Part shown: one piece after another, positions 14,659 to 28,822 of the stretch
How positions within the stretch are numbered: the stretch's first letter is position 1
How the letters are laid out: every line of letters starts with the position of its first letter
Assembly (NCBI GenBank): GCA_964016885.1
Contig: OZ024741.1
Coordinates: forward strand, 331,948,001-332,012,000
Direction of reading: 5' to 3'
From: Eledone cirrhosa
Taxonomy: Eukaryota
DNA length: 64,000 nt
Position numbers and translations under genes: made by a program
Notes under the pieces: generated by a model
Seen by the model: only the letters and a program-made list of their open reading frames with translations
Database searches by the model: none
What the model was told of the DNA's origin: nothing

Positions 14659-14732
14659 GATAGGTGGATTGGCGAGGTATATTGGGAAGTCATAATTATC
14701 ACTTCCCAATATACATCGCCAATCCACCTATC
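14659..14732. repeat. Inverted repeat, ~31-bp arms
   Basis: GATAGGTGGATTGGCGAGGTATATTGGGAAGT ... ACTTCCCAATATACATCGCCAATCCACCTATC. Confidence 0.85.
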
Positions 14733-15010
14733 TATATAATATATATATGTGATTTCTTATATATATATAATATATATATATTGAAAGTATGCAGTACTGA
14801 GACAACAAATCAGGATGAGAAAAAGCAGGGTGGGTATAAAGGAGGGTGTAAACCCAACCACGACATCTTGTGGTTTTGACTTGGATATATCAAAACTTCT
14901 CCAAGGTATACTGGGTATGAGGAATCTTGTGAAGGCTTTCTACATACAAAACGAAACCACTATATATACAAATTATATATATAATACGCATGTTATATAT
15001 ATATAATATG

Positions 15011-15046
<36 letters not shown>

Positions 15047-15099
15047 CATGTTATATATATATAATACACTTGTTATATATATATATATAATATACATAT

Positions 15100-15191
<92 letters not shown>

Positions 15192-15683
15192 CATTTATCA
15201 TTTTCGGTGCACCCAGCCGACTAAACTCACTCGATATGCAAATTAGGCTGCTCAACCGTTAATATGCATAAGGAAAGTATATACTTTCAGACGTTCAATC
15301 ATCTGGCAGGAAGGTATACGATGCTGACAATAGCTAATAAGCCTGAAACTAGTAGTTGAACAAAAGGGCAACGATGGTTGCTAAACACTGTACGGCTTAA
15401 TTCGAGATGTTTGTTTACAAACAAACCGAACATTATAATAAATGTTTGGTAAACCGATACGTACATATATATATATGTGTACATGTATGTATATATATAT
15501 ACATACTACTGTACGTCTGTATATATATATGTATGTGCGTATACATACATATGTACATTTAAGTAACTGCCGTACTAAGAGTGAGAAACGAAATTTTGTT
15601 TCATTTTCTCCATTTATATATATATATACATATACGCATATACATATACATATATACATATATATGCATATATATATATATGC

Positions 15684-15720
<37 letters not shown>

Positions 15721-15783
15721 TATAAACATATATAGATATACATATATACATATACATATGTACATATTTATACATATATATAG

Positions 15784-15859
<76 letters not shown>

Positions 15860-15951
15860 TTAGGTTTGTTGGTTCACCACTGGATAGAACTGGTTATTCC
15901 ATATAGTCAACCGTGATGAGGAAAAACACTTGATGTAATATATAAATATAC

Positions 15952-16026
<75 letters not shown>

Positions 16027-16650
16027 ATATGGTGGGTCTTTAAAAATCTTGTTTTGGGTTCTCATCAGAAGATATGCAGTTATTACTTTTTCTCGTTTGA
16101 AAGCCTGTGGTATAATTTTTATTTGATATAATATTATAATATAATATATATTACATTATATAAGACCATGGTTGTAATAAGTTTTTCATTTTTTTCATTT
16201 ATATATGTAGCATTCTTCTTATCCACCACCATCATCATTATTCTCGTCACTATTAACATCATTATCACCATCATCATCAGAATCTCGACTATCATCATCA
16301 TTGTCATCATTGTCACTATCATCATCATTTTATGTTCATTTTCCATGTTGTCATCCATTGGAATTTAAGATAAAAACAGTGGGAAATTGAAGTGAAGCAT
16401 TAAAGCAAAATAATAATAATAATAATAATAATGATTTCATTTATTAGCCACAAGGGCCGACATGTAAGGGACAATACAAAGACAGGGACAGTGGGGGCTT
16501 ACAATAAGGTCGAGTAAAAGTGCACAATGGCAATAATAATAATAATAATTGTTTCTACTTTAGGCACAAGGCCAACAATTACCCAGTGTATTAAATAATA
16601 ATAAAAATAATAATAACAATAATAATAATAATAAAAATAATAATAATAAT

Positions 16651-17350
16651 GATTTCTTTATTAACCACAAGCGTTTACACAAAGTAAGACATTAAGGACA
16701 GTACAGGGCAATACAGGACAATACAGGACGGTACAAATGGGCATTTCTGCATGTAAAACAGAGTATGTAACAAAAAAGAAACAATGAAAAATTCCCCAAT
16801 ATGGGGGAGACTTCCGAGGGCTATTGTGGAGAAAGCCCATTAAAAAAGCCACGGTGACCCTGACCACCAGGGCAAGTGCCCTCTCCCAGTTTTCCACCTT
16901 CAATTTACAGGCACATACTCAGAGTAGGTCCATTCACTCGGGCCATTCTTGCCTCTCTCACCCATCTTTCAACAAAATTCTGGGAAGAGAGCACTTCCTT
17001 CTCTACCCTGATTTTTCTTTTCAAATGTATTTGAAAAAGTTAATCAGGGCATCACCGAAGAGGTAAGTGCTCGTCTTCAGCTCTTTCAGACGCGTCCACC
17101 ATACTATCTCTTTCGCCTTGGCCACCAGACAGATAAAAACTGCCTGCCCTTCCTGGCTAAAGAAAGAGGGCGGGGCAATCCTCATGATGGACTCAGCTGA
17201 TAGCTGGATCCGTCTTACACGACAGCAGGTGTTCGACATAAACCCACAAGTCAGCAATGCTCAGACACTGGACGAGTGCATGCAGGACGGTTTCGGCACC
17301 CTGCGCGCATCTCAGATGTGCCCGGCTGATGGCACTTCCATGCCTGTAGA
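16651..17350 (-). mobile_element. L1/Tx1-clade LINE 3' end inserted in (AAT)n
   Basis: The minus strand encodes RCAQGAETVLHALVQC (degenerate CCHC knuckle of L1/Tx1 ORF2) and KAKEIVWWTR. It ends AATAAAGAAATC(ATT)n. A related short tail lies at 16433-16531. Confidence 0.75.
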
Positions 17351-17359
17351 TAATAATAA

Positions 17360-17390
<31 letters not shown>

Positions 17391-17610
17391 AATTGGTTCT
17401 ACTTTTGGCACAAGGCCAGCAATTATTCCAGTACATTACTGGTACTTTATTTTATCGACGCCGTAAGGATGAAAGGTAAAGTTAACCTCGGTGGGATTTG
17501 AACTCAGATCATAAAGGGCCGTAACTCTTTGCTGCAAAGTATGGCGTCTGACCCTCTACCGCTACTGCCAAGGCAAAGTTAACCTTGGCAGGATTTGAAC
17601 TCAGATGTGT
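17391..17610 (-). mobile_element. tRNA/Meta-domain SINE plus partial duplicate
   Basis: Matches 33223-33407. Confidence 0.8.
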
Positions 17611-17904
17611 TGAAACTGAAGCATCCACACACATATACACATACACACACACACATACACATTCACATACGCAAACTGTTAAATTCATTTATTTCTTGGA
17701 CTTTAAAATTTCCATCAATTATGTTTCTGTCAACTGGTCACTATTATATCGTACTTCAGCCCTGTCAGTGACCAGGTTGAAAACAGTGAGAGAAATAAAA
17801 AAAAAATTTGACACTGAGAAATATGTAGTGAACGTAGTAAAGTGAAGTTAACAGTTTCTAAGTCATCATAATCATCATCATCATAATCATCATCATCATC
17901 GTCA

Positions 17905-18530
17905 TCATCAGCAGCATTTTTATGTCAATTTTTCCATGCTTGCATGGGTTGGATGGGTCCTTTTCAGCGCCGCATCTCTCCACATATCACATTTCTTCAT
18001 CATTTCCTCTGTGAGTCTCAGCAATTTGAGATCAGCTTCCACCACCACTTCTCAGATCTTCCTTGATAATCCTGTACTGCCGCTTCCTTCCACTGGGATT
18101 TCTTAGCACTTCTTCGCCTAGCGATCACCATCCATGTTCATCACATATCCATACCAACAGAGTCATCTCCTTAGCACACTACTTCTGATTCCTCTTATAC
18201 CTAGTTTCTCTCAGAGTTCACCCAAGCTCTGTAATTCACTTACATTAACATTGCACCTCCATTGAAGCATGTTTGCTTCATTTCTCTCCAACCTGCGCAT
18301 ATCCTCTACAGTCACTGCCCATGTTTCATTACCATGTAGCATAGCACTTCACACACATGACATACAGCTAACCTTTCATTTAGAGAGAGAAACCTTTTGT
18401 TGCCAACAGAGGTAGTAGGTCCCTAAACGTCTTCCATCCTATCTTATATTCTAGCTACTATGCACTCGGATCACCCTCCTCTACTGTTAATTAAGTCACT
18501 TAGATAGTAGACGCTATCAACCACTTTTAT
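17905..18530 (-). mobile_element. RTE LINE 3' fragment, decayed
   Basis: The minus strand has the MLHG.E.W, ERNEA.ML.W and WYG.V motifs. (CAT)n tail at left. Confidence 0.8.
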
Positions 18531-18579
18531 GGATAAAGTGTATTTGAATACCATAATCATTTTAGTGGATGTGGATATT

Positions 18580-18850
18580 ATTATGATAAAATAAAGTCCC
18601 AGTAATGTACTGGGGTCGATTTAATCAACTTCATCTTCCCCCAAAATTGTTAGCCTTGTGCCTATGGATTGGCAGTATCGGTAGAGGGTCGGACGCCATG
18701 CTTTCCAGCATAGTTACGTCCCTTTACGATCTGAGTTCAAATCCCGCCGAGGTTGACTTTGCCTTTTATCCTTACAGGGTCGATAAAATAAAGTACCAGT
18801 AATGCATGGGTAATTGCTGGCCTTGTGCCTAAAGTAGAAACAATTATTAA
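18580..18850 (+). mobile_element. Meta-SINE fragment plus near full-length Meta-SINE
   Basis: TGGCAGTATCGGTAGAGGGTCGGACGCC...GAGTTCAAATCCCGCCGAGG...GTCGATAAAATAAAGTACCAG. Confidence 0.85.
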
Positions 18851-19127
18851 TTATTTCATTATTAAAATGATATTGGAAACATAATTTAACAAAAGGTTTT
18901 TATCACAAAATATGTTGGGAGGTTATAATCTAAATAGGAATCCTTTAAAATAGATGGTTTTGTTTGATAGAACCAGAGCTAGTTTTGGGTAGCTTGGCAT
19001 CAACAGGGTTAAATAGGAACCCTTGAAAATGGTTGGTTTTGTTCCTTAGATCCAGAGGCAGTTTTGGGTAGCTTGGAATCAGAAGGGTTAAAACAGCTAA
19101 CTCTATGGAGCTAGTTTGGTGATGGCT

Positions 19128-19198
<71 letters not shown>

Positions 19199-19273
19199 GG
19201 TGGTGGTGGTGGTGGTGGTGGTGGTAGTAGTAGGGGTGGTGGTGGTGGTGGCGGTTTGGTAGTGGTAGTAGTG

Positions 19274-19342
<69 letters not shown>

Positions 19343-19450
19343 CTGGTGGTTTGGTGGTGATAGTAGTAGTAGCAACAGTAGTAGTAGTGGTAGCTGTAGC
19401 AGTAGTATTGGTGGTGTCTCTTGCAGTGATGATGATGATAGTGCTAGTGA
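19128..19450. repeat. (TAG)n/(TGG)n compound microsatellite
   Basis: Direct. Confidence 0.95.
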
Positions 19451-20384
19451 TGACAAGAGTATATATGTGTGTGTGCATGTGCCTGTGTGTGCCTGTATCT
19501 TGTGGGCATGGTCCTGTGTGTGCATGTGCTTGTGACTGTGTGCATGTGTATGTGTAAATGTACCTATGTATGCATGTGTCTGTGTGCACTAGTCTGTGTG
19601 TGTCTGTGTTTATATGTGCTTGTGTCTATGAGTGAATGTGTCTGTGTGTGCATGTGTATGTTAGAATGTAAGAATGTATGTATGAATGTCTGTATATGCG
19701 TGAATGTGTGTCTAAGAATCTAGGGCTGGTGGAGAGGGTTTATTATTGTTATTGAACCAACTGTGATGTTGATGGCAGGGAGATGACACTTCTGATGTAG
19801 ATGATGAGGGGGATTGACAAAGGACGGCTGCTGATGATGGTGGGGGGGGGGGGGTGATGGTGTTGATGACAATGATAATGATGATGATGATGATGATAGT
19901 AGTGATGTTACTGCTGATAGAGTTGATGATGATGATGGTGATAGTCTTGATGTTGATTATGATAATGGCAGTGATGCTGCTATTGCTGCTGCTATTGCTG
20001 ATGATAGTGATGATGATATTGATGGCAGTGTTGATGATGGTGATGGCAACAACAATGAAGATGATGATAATGAGGAGGAGGAAGTGGGGAAGGATGGGTG
20101 GAGAATGAGGAGGTGGTGGGGAAAAGAAGGAGGATGAGAAGGATGAGGAGGAAGATGAAGATGATGATGAGGGAGTATATTGTGATTAGGGACAGATTGT
20201 AACAGTTAAGGGGATTACTGAGGGTCAGTGTGAGGAGAAATGGTTAAAGCAAGAGATGGGAGAGAGGCAAGATAAGAAGAAGGAGGGAGGGGGTACACAA
20301 GAATGCTGAAGAAAATATCAATACAATTCTTCTGTTTCCAATGCTTTAAGTAGATATCAATATATTCGATTTTCCAATATATAT

Positions 20385-20945
20385 ATCATCATCATTATCA
20401 TTTAATGTCTGCTTTCTCTGCTATCAAGGGTTGGACGAGTCAACAGAGACCAAATCAGGACATAATCGGAGCTGTTGACCTCTCGGATAGGCCAGGGGGC
20501 CACCACAATTCATGTACATACATTTACATACTTTATGGAGTGCATTAAGTATGTTTTATAGTGGCACCAGGCCTAAGGAAGTTGCCATGTCTTTGAAATA
20601 ACTAAAGAGTATTCTTGATCCTTTGTTTAGCAGGTTTTCTACAACCAGATTCTCTTCCTTTCAACCACTTTACAGAAAGATGTGGATGTGTTTTATAGTG
20701 GTATCAGCATTAGGGTTGTTGTCGTGTCTTTGACATAACTGAATAGTACTCTAGAAAATTTGTTTTCTATGGCTGGATGTCCTTCTAATCACCAACCACT
20801 TTACAGAGTGTACTGGGTGTGTTTTACCATGGCACCAGCACTAGAAAAGTTATGTTTTTGATATGACTGAAGTGTCTACTCAACCTTTTGCTGGACAAGT
20901 TTTCTACTGATGGCTGCACATCCAATCACCAACCACTTTACACAG
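20385..20945 (-). mobile_element. Old RTE-tail SINE with three ~130-bp internal repeats
   Basis: Repeated GGCACCAG...GTTTTCTA..GCTGGATG..CTTCTAATCACCAACCACTTTACAG units and a (CAT)n tail. Confidence 0.55.
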
Positions 20946-21106
20946 CATATTGGTGGAATAGTGTTGATAAAAATGTCACAACTACATTGACTATAGTTAT
21001 GATTAAACAATATAATCATACAAACAGAGGATTAAGATATATACATACATGTTCTTAAGTTTATATATATATTTATTTACACACACAACACATTTATTTA
21101 TTTTGC

Positions 21107-21139
<33 letters not shown>

Positions 21140-21608
21140 TGTATGTATGTATGTATGTATGTATGTATGTATGTATGTGTATATATATATATGCATATAT
21201 CTGTAAACATGCAGAGTGGGTAAGTGAGACAGTGACAGAGCATATATAAATATATACATATATGATATGTAGGACTGTAAAAATACCAATTTCCTTGTAA
21301 ATTCAAAAAAATGATAATCGATTTTCTGACCTAGTTGGACCCTCATGTATATCACCCAAAGAACCACAATGAAGCATGTATTTGATGGGTACATATTATT
21401 CTGAAATGGATGTACTAATTTGCATATAATAAGTGGTTGTGTTGGTAATTAAGATATGTATGTATATATACATATATGTGTGAGCATATGTGTGAGAGTG
21501 TGTGTGCGTACATATGTGAACGCAAATATGTTATGTATGTATATATATACATGTGTTTGTGTGTGTGTGTCTACATATGAGAATGCAAATATATATACAT
21601 ATGTAATG

Positions 21609-21671
<63 letters not shown>

Positions 21672-21741
21672 TACATATGTATATATTTGCATTCTCATAT
21701 GCACACACACACACTCACACACATATATATATATATATGTG

Positions 21742-21782
<41 letters not shown>

Positions 21783-21893
21783 GTGTGTGTGTGTGTATGC
21801 ATAGAGAAATAGAATAACAGACAGATAGATACAGAGAAAGAGATAAAGAAAGAATATATATATATGTATATGGATATGTATATATAATATATG

Positions 21894-22005
<112 letters not shown>

Positions 22006-22489
22006 GTAGAGAGAGAGAGAGAAAGAGATTTCAAAGAGACTGCCATTTCATAATTAATAAACAAGCCTGTTCTGTTATTTCAATCAGTACTGAAAATCTT
22101 TAAAAGATCTTTCAGTTTGGAAAACAACAAGAATTTCTATGCATCTGGGATTGCTGGAAAGTTTTTCAAAGAAAAATCAATGATGAAAAAATATCATCGT
22201 TGGCTTTTGTAGTTGACATTTGTATTAATTATTGTTAACTCATTTGTTGCCATATTTCTAATGAGAGACACTGCCTATGATTTTTAAATCATTTTGAAAA
22301 TTTCTTGATATTAACTCATTTGTTGCCATATTTCTAAGGAATGACATTGATTATGATTTTCGAAAGATTATGAAAATTATCACAAAACTTTAAATCCTTT
22401 AAGAAGTGATTGTATTCTCCATGCACCTGTCTATAGTTAAATGTTGATATGGAAAAATATTCTAAAATTTGGAGGGATTTGGTAATATA

Positions 22490-22696
22490 CCGTATATACT
22501 TGAATATAAGTCAATCCGAATATAAGCCACCCCCACTCAATTTATGGCTGAGAAATGGGCAAAATTCCAAATCCCATTTATAAGCTGAGGCAGTTAATCA
22601 ACACATTATGTTTAGATAGCAAATATAAGCTGACCCCTTATTTTACCATCAATTTTTTGGTCACATATTCTTCAGCTTATATTCGAGTACATGCGG
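22490..22696. mobile_element. pogo/Tigger-like MITE with TA TSD
   Basis: TA|CCGTATATACTTGAATATAAG ... CTTATATTCGAGTACATGCGG|TA. Confidence 0.8.
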
Positions 22697-23489
22697 TAAG
22701 TAATGTTTTTGTTATTAACCCTTAGGAAGAGAATTAGTAAAGTAAGTAATTATCTCCTTAGAAAGCTGGTATTTGGAACAAAGTTTCTGACAGAAAATTG
22801 TGATGGAAGGTTTATAGATAAATATAACCACTTTAGAATATGCAGCTTTGTATTTTAGAACTAAAAGTGGTTTTATGCATCTTAGTATTAGAATAGTTAA
22901 TATTCCACAAACCAATTATATTTTTTATCATTTATCTATCTAAACCTTTTGATACCAAGTCACCTGAAGCTACCCTGGGTTCTAAAATTCAAAACTGTTT
23001 TATCTTAAACTTTGATAAGCTATGTTCCAAACATCAGCTTAATAATGGTTTCTGATTTAGGCACAAGTTCAACAAATTTGGCAGAAGAAAGTTGATTATA
23101 TCAACTGCCAGTGCATTACTGGTACTTTATTTTATCAAAGCTAACCTTGGCAGGATTTGAACTATGTGCCACAATGCATGTGGTCCGACACTCTATTGAT
23201 ATTGCCAATCCACCACTTATCAGCTTAATAATGAGAAAGTTAGCTATATTACAAAATGCCTAAAAATCAATGATTATTTTCAAAATTATTTGAAAATCAT
23301 AGGGAATACTTTTCCTTAGAAATATGTTAGTGAAAGGGTTAAACTGTTATTGAAGTTACCATTTTACAAATTTATATCAACATATTTCATATATATAGAG
23401 AGCATCTATTTGTATGTACACATGATAATTTTAGTGTGTTGCATTCTACCACATTATGATTTTATATATATATATATGTATATCATCAT

Positions 23490-23830
23490 TTCATCATCAT
23501 CATTTCATTTTACGTCCGCTTTTCCCTGCTTGCAAGGGTGGGACGGGAACTGATTTTGGCTTGGTTTCTACAGCTGGATGCCCTTCCTAACACCAACCTC
23601 ATTTACAGTGAGTGCTGGGTGCTTTTTTTCCGTGGCACCTCCACGACCACTTTACAGTGGAATGATAGGGATCCCAGTCCCTATCATCTCATTTCTACAG
23701 CTGAGTAAACTGGAGCAATGTGAAATAAAGTGTCTTGCTCAAGGAAACAACACATCACCCGGTCTGAGAATTGAACTCACAACCTCTCGATTGCCAGCCC
23801 AATGCTCTGACCACTAAGCCATGTGCCTAT
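23490..23830 (-). mobile_element. tRNA-CORE-RTE-tail composite SINE
   Basis: Reverse complement of 41286-41590. Confidence 0.85.
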
Positions 23831-23835
23831 ATATA

Positions 23836-24175
23836 TATTAAAATAACAGATTAAAGTTTAAGCAAAGAATTGCTGCTTTCACCCTTAACGGGATCTTCTG
23901 AAACTAAAAAAATCAATCTGTGAACGCAGAAGTAAATATTTCGAAAAATGTTGTAGTTGAAGGAAAACAGGAAGACAATACTTTGGTTTGTGAAGACCTT
24001 CCTTGGCAATGAACAGAAAAAAGTGAAGATAATACGTCGTTATGTGGAACGATGAGAACAATTACACGCAAGGACAAACATAAATATTTGCTCTAGGGTT
24101 CTTATATATTTGATATATATTTATCCTTATCGAACCTTCTTTGGATTTTAGTCTTCACATTTATTATTATTACTA
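23836..24175. mobile_element. Family B element, long form
   Basis: Same termini as 10850 and 12444, with an extra ~230 bp inside. Confidence 0.7.
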
Positions 24176-24642
24176 TATATATATATATATATGTATACAT
24201 TATGATCAAAGTCATATTGCAGCATATATATAAACTGTATATATGCTGCAGGAGTGATTTCAATCCTACTTTTATTTACACTCTGCACACTACAGCTGCC
24301 TTAACTCTGGAATACAACCCAACATGAGATGAAGCTGTTAACAGCATCGAGTGTATAGAATAGTGAACTACCCGTAACTGTAGTTACACACTTACCTATC
24401 ATCATCATCATCATCATCATCATCATTTGTTTAATGTCCATTTAGCATGCTAGCATGGGTTAAACGAGTTGTTCCATTGTGATACAAGCCAGGTCAGGTG
24501 ACCATATCTGGCTCATACAGAACTGATTTTGACTTGGTTTCTATAGCTGGGTGCCCTCCCTAATGCCAACCACATTTACTCTGTGTACTAGGTGCTTTTT
24601 GTTATGACCTAACACACACACATACATACACATATACACACA

Positions 24643-24731
<89 letters not shown>

Positions 24732-24752
24732 GGCGTGTGTGTGTGTCTGTGT

Positions 24753-25087
24753 AATTATTTAATATAGAAATGACTTCTACATGAGTAGAACTGTTTCATT
24801 CATATGAAATCATCAATGCATTTTTGATGATTTCATATGAATGAAACAGTTCTAGTCATGTAGAAGCCATTTCTATATTAAATAATTGTTTCTATTTTTG
24901 GCACAAGGCCAGCAATTACCCAGTGTATTACTTGTACTTTATTTTATCGACCCCGTAAGGATGAAAGCAAAGTTAACCTCGGCAGGATTTAAACTCAGAT
25001 CGTAATATTAAATAATGATGTTCACATTCTGCTAATGTATTGAGTACCTTTTTTAATTGTGGTGACCCCAGATTTCTCTCAGGATCT
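24753..25087 (+). mobile_element. Family F fold-back element interrupted by a Meta-SINE (24886-24985, TSD ATATTAAATAAT)
   Basis: ~65-bp arms. Right arm TGATGATTTCATATGAAT-GAAA-CAGTTCTA-GTC-ATGTAGAAG. Tail with GTATTGAGTAC. Confidence 0.75.
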
Positions 25088-25089
25088 AC

Positions 25090-25190
<101 letters not shown>

Positions 25191-26109
25191 CTGGTGTTTA
25201 GATCTTAACTTCACAAATGTACTTAAACTATTAATGCCTAGACACAGGTATGGCTGTGTTGTGAAAACATTTGCTTTGCAATTACGTAGTTCAGGGTGCA
25301 ATCCCCTGATCTGGCACCTTGCAATAAACCTCTCAGTGTCTGATAAATGCTACTATCACCATTTCTGCACTGCTAGCCACCACCCTTTCTCCTTACAGTC
25401 ACATCCTTCTCTCTCTCACATGTACCCTCCATTCCTGTGGTGATAGTGATGATGATGATAGAGATGGTGATGACAATGGAGATGGGGATGATGATGATGA
25501 GGATGACAAAGGTAGTGGTGATGATGATTATGATGATGATGATTACAAAGGTGGTGGTCATGATGATGATGATGATGACAATGGTAGTGATGACAATGAT
25601 GATGATGATGATGATTATGGCAATGATGATGACTATAAAAATAATGATATGCTAGTCTTTTTCACAGGAAAGCAATTTCTCAATATTACTTTAGTTGACT
25701 GCAGGAGTTACTCAATAGTTTATTCAGTAAATCCATAATAAAAGTCTTCTAGAATCAACAGAGTACAAGAAGATATCTTAAGTGCTGGAATGGTACATGG
25801 AAAGACTTAGATTTAATTCCATCACTTTTATGCTGATGGATTATGCTGACATGACAGTTTTTTTTATATATCATACTCTACATACTTAGTATACAGTTTG
25901 TGTACTGATGTAAGCTGTATATACAAACTTCAGTCACACTCTCTTAACCCTGCCAACCAACCCACCTAAAACTGCCTCTGCTTCTATGAAACAAAATCTA
26001 CCCAATTTTGAAAGGTCCCTACTTAAATTAAAACCTTCCATCATAATCTGGTATAAAATCTTTTGTTAAATTATGTTACAACTACCATCTTCATAATGAA
26101 ATAATTAAT

Positions 26110-26403
26110 GCTAATGTAAAGTGTTGTGTGCTTATACATAGAGATACTATAAAATAGAGTGAAGACTCTTAAAGAAAGAAAAAGAAGTTGCCACCGGCCT
26201 CTATGGAGGAATCAGGTCCCATATCTCCCAGGTAAAAGCTAGGTGCTTTAAACCATTATGCCTAGCCAGTAGCTGAGAGATATGGGGTTTGATTCCTCAA
26301 AGTGACCGATGGCAACCTTTTTTTCCATCTTTAAGGGTCTTCACTTTATTTTATAAACTATTTTATAGCACCTCCTTGCATGAACACACCATTCTTTATA
26401 TTA
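26110..26403. mobile_element. tRNA-derived element in fold-back configuration
   Basis: Minus strand GGCATAATGGTTTAAAGCACCTAGC (A-box-like). Both arms carry B-box-like GG(T/A)..GATTCC. Arms 26110-26228 and 26275-26403 are diverged inverted copies. Confidence 0.55.
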
Positions 26404-26849
26404 ACTTCCCTCAGCGCTCCATAATAGTCAAAGATCAAGTTTGTACACATGATGTTTGTTGAAATAATTGGTAATTTTAGTAAATCCATCCAATAATATA
26501 ACATTTTCTCATGTTACTAATACCATCTTGATAAAATTCTAATTTCAGCAAAAACATTCTAAATTTGTTCCTTTATTAATTGAAATACAATGGATTTCAT
26601 TAGAAATATTGTAATGAAAGGGTTAATAGTTAATTCCTTATTCCCAGAATAAAGTTACATCATACTGGGAGAGGGAAGAGCAGAACCCATGACTCTTTTC
26701 AGAGCCTCTAAGACTTATGGTAGAGAGAGGGGTATCATTAAACTAGAGTCCTGGTCTGAATGTTTGCAACAGAATGAACTCTGCTAAAGACAACCAAACA
26801 CCAAGTGATCTTGTTAAACCAGGTGACATATTAAGACAATTATCCAAAT

Positions 26850-27115
26850 GAAATCTACCACTCAATTTTAAGTCTACAACCCCATAATTATGTCTACCTC
26901 TTATAATTTAGTCTACAAAATTAAGTCTACATCTCAAAATGAAGCCTACCCCCTATAATTTAATCTACACCCAAAATCAAGTCTACACCCCTTCAAAATT
27001 ATGTCTACACCCCCTCAAAATTAAGTCTACTCCCAAAATTAAATTTTGTCACCCAAAATTAAGTCTACCCTCCAAATTAAATTTACCACCCAAAATTAAG
27101 TCTACCACCCAAAAT
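26850..27115. repeat. ~21-bp minisatellite
   Basis: Units AAAATTAAGTCTACACCCCC, more than 10 copies. Confidence 0.85.
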
Positions 27116-27279
27116 ACTTTTGTTGGATTTCCCTACTAATGATGTTAATAGGGGGGAGGGGGAAACAGATTTGGAAGGAATAATTTCGCCAACCCAGAAT
27201 GTTTTCTAAGTCTATTATGTCAGATAGCTAGAAGCCTGCTGCTAACTTAATCAGGCAGCTCTCCCACCCCACCTCACAA

Positions 27280-27430
27280 TCTCTAGACCACAGATCTGCT
27301 ATCTTCTCATTCAAACTTTTCTACCACTATTATAGTGACATCTGTTCCTCAGAGCTTGTTGGTCTAGTGCCAACTCTTCCCAACACTTCTTGCTCTGCCT
27401 ACCCAAACAAAATTACTATGTCTGCACTTT
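27280..27430 (+). mobile_element. Highly decayed CR1/Jockey-group LINE fragment
   Basis: Encodes LFYHYYSDICSSELVGLVP, resembling the LFYRYY.G.CS.EL..LVP C-terminal motif. Confidence 0.4.
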
Positions 27431-27694
27431 CCACTACACAGTCCACACTTACCCACATTAAATCATGTGACAGGTCATAACACCATACAACCCTCTTCAC
27501 CACATTCAATATTAACACAATGGTGTAACATGACAAACATATTTAGCAATTAATTTATTGATCACCAGAAATTATTAAATACTTTATTTAATTATACATA
27601 TTTGTATAAAACGGTAACCCTTTAAGGTTCAATAATGTAATGTACACATATATGTATATGTATGTGTGTCTATCTATCTATCTATCTATCTATC

Positions 27695-27730
<36 letters not shown>

Positions 27731-28107
27731 CATACACACACTCACACATACACATAATCACTGTTTAACACAGTTTGGACGAGTTGTTCCAAGTTGTCAT
27801 GAGTTATGAGACAAGTCAGATCAGGTGATCATATTTTATTCATACAGAACTGTTTCTAGTTTAGTTTGTATGACTGGATGCCCTTCCTGATGTCAATCAC
27901 ATGCATTTACAGTGTCGACTTGAAACTGCTTGTAACGCAGAGTTGAGTCTTACTGTTAACATGAGCGCACACACATATATATATATACACATATACATAT
28001 ATACATGTGTATTATTATTGAGAAAGGTACTCAATAATTAAGTACAGATTAAATATACATTTATTATGGCTTGTTACTCTGAAGTTTCACTACTTAGCCA
28101 TAATAAC

Positions 28108-28149
<42 letters not shown>

Positions 28150-28269
28150 AAGAATCAAAGAACTGCTCAAAACATTATTGTGCTTACAGCTGTTTCCTCT
28201 AAATAGTATAACTAATACTATATATATATATATATATATGTGTGTGTTTGTGTGTGTGTTTGTGTGTGT

Positions 28270-28477
28270 TAAGTATTTCCGTAGAAAAAGTAAAGAAAAG
28301 AAGAGTGTTCTATGTATTGTACAGAACTATTTAATTACATAATAAACACAACACAATATAATTATTTTATTACTGAAGGTTTCAAGAAATTAGATCATTC
28401 TTGCAAGTAACATCTAGCTTCTTGAAACCTTCAGTAATGAAATAATTATATTGTGTTGTTTATTATGTAATTAAATA
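28270..28477 (-). mobile_element. Family E fold-back element centred on HHR stem II
   Basis: TTACTGAAGGTTTC-AAGAAATTAGAT...ATCTAGCTTCTT-GAAACCTTCAGTA-ATGAAATAATT, with ~65-bp arms. Confidence 0.75.
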
Positions 28478-28487
28478 AAAAAAATAT

Positions 28488-28822
28488 CCATGTGTCTAAC
28501 ACATGTGGGCATGCCCACAAAGTCAGAAAACAGCTCAGCTCCCATGACTTTCGGAAACATTTTTTCCCATTCAGAGTTGCTGAAGCATGGAACAAACTAC
28601 CTGCATCAGTTGTTAGCTGTCAAAACACTGTATCCTTTAAAACCTCCATGCTTCCCGAGATTTGCCAACACTACACCTATTGTTCCCCCTCCATACACAT
28701 ACACACATGTATATCATGACTCATACACTATTCACTTCCCTGACATTTGTATATTATTCTATGTACTATACAAGCACTTTTGATGAGTTGTAGTGCACCT
28801 GAGTACTTTACACAATAATTTC
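28488..28822 (+). mobile_element. CR1-clade LINE 3' end
   Basis: Encodes TCGHAHKV...RKHFFPFRVAEAWNKLPASVVS...SFK (TRGH..K / RV...WN.LP motif). Confidence 0.85.
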
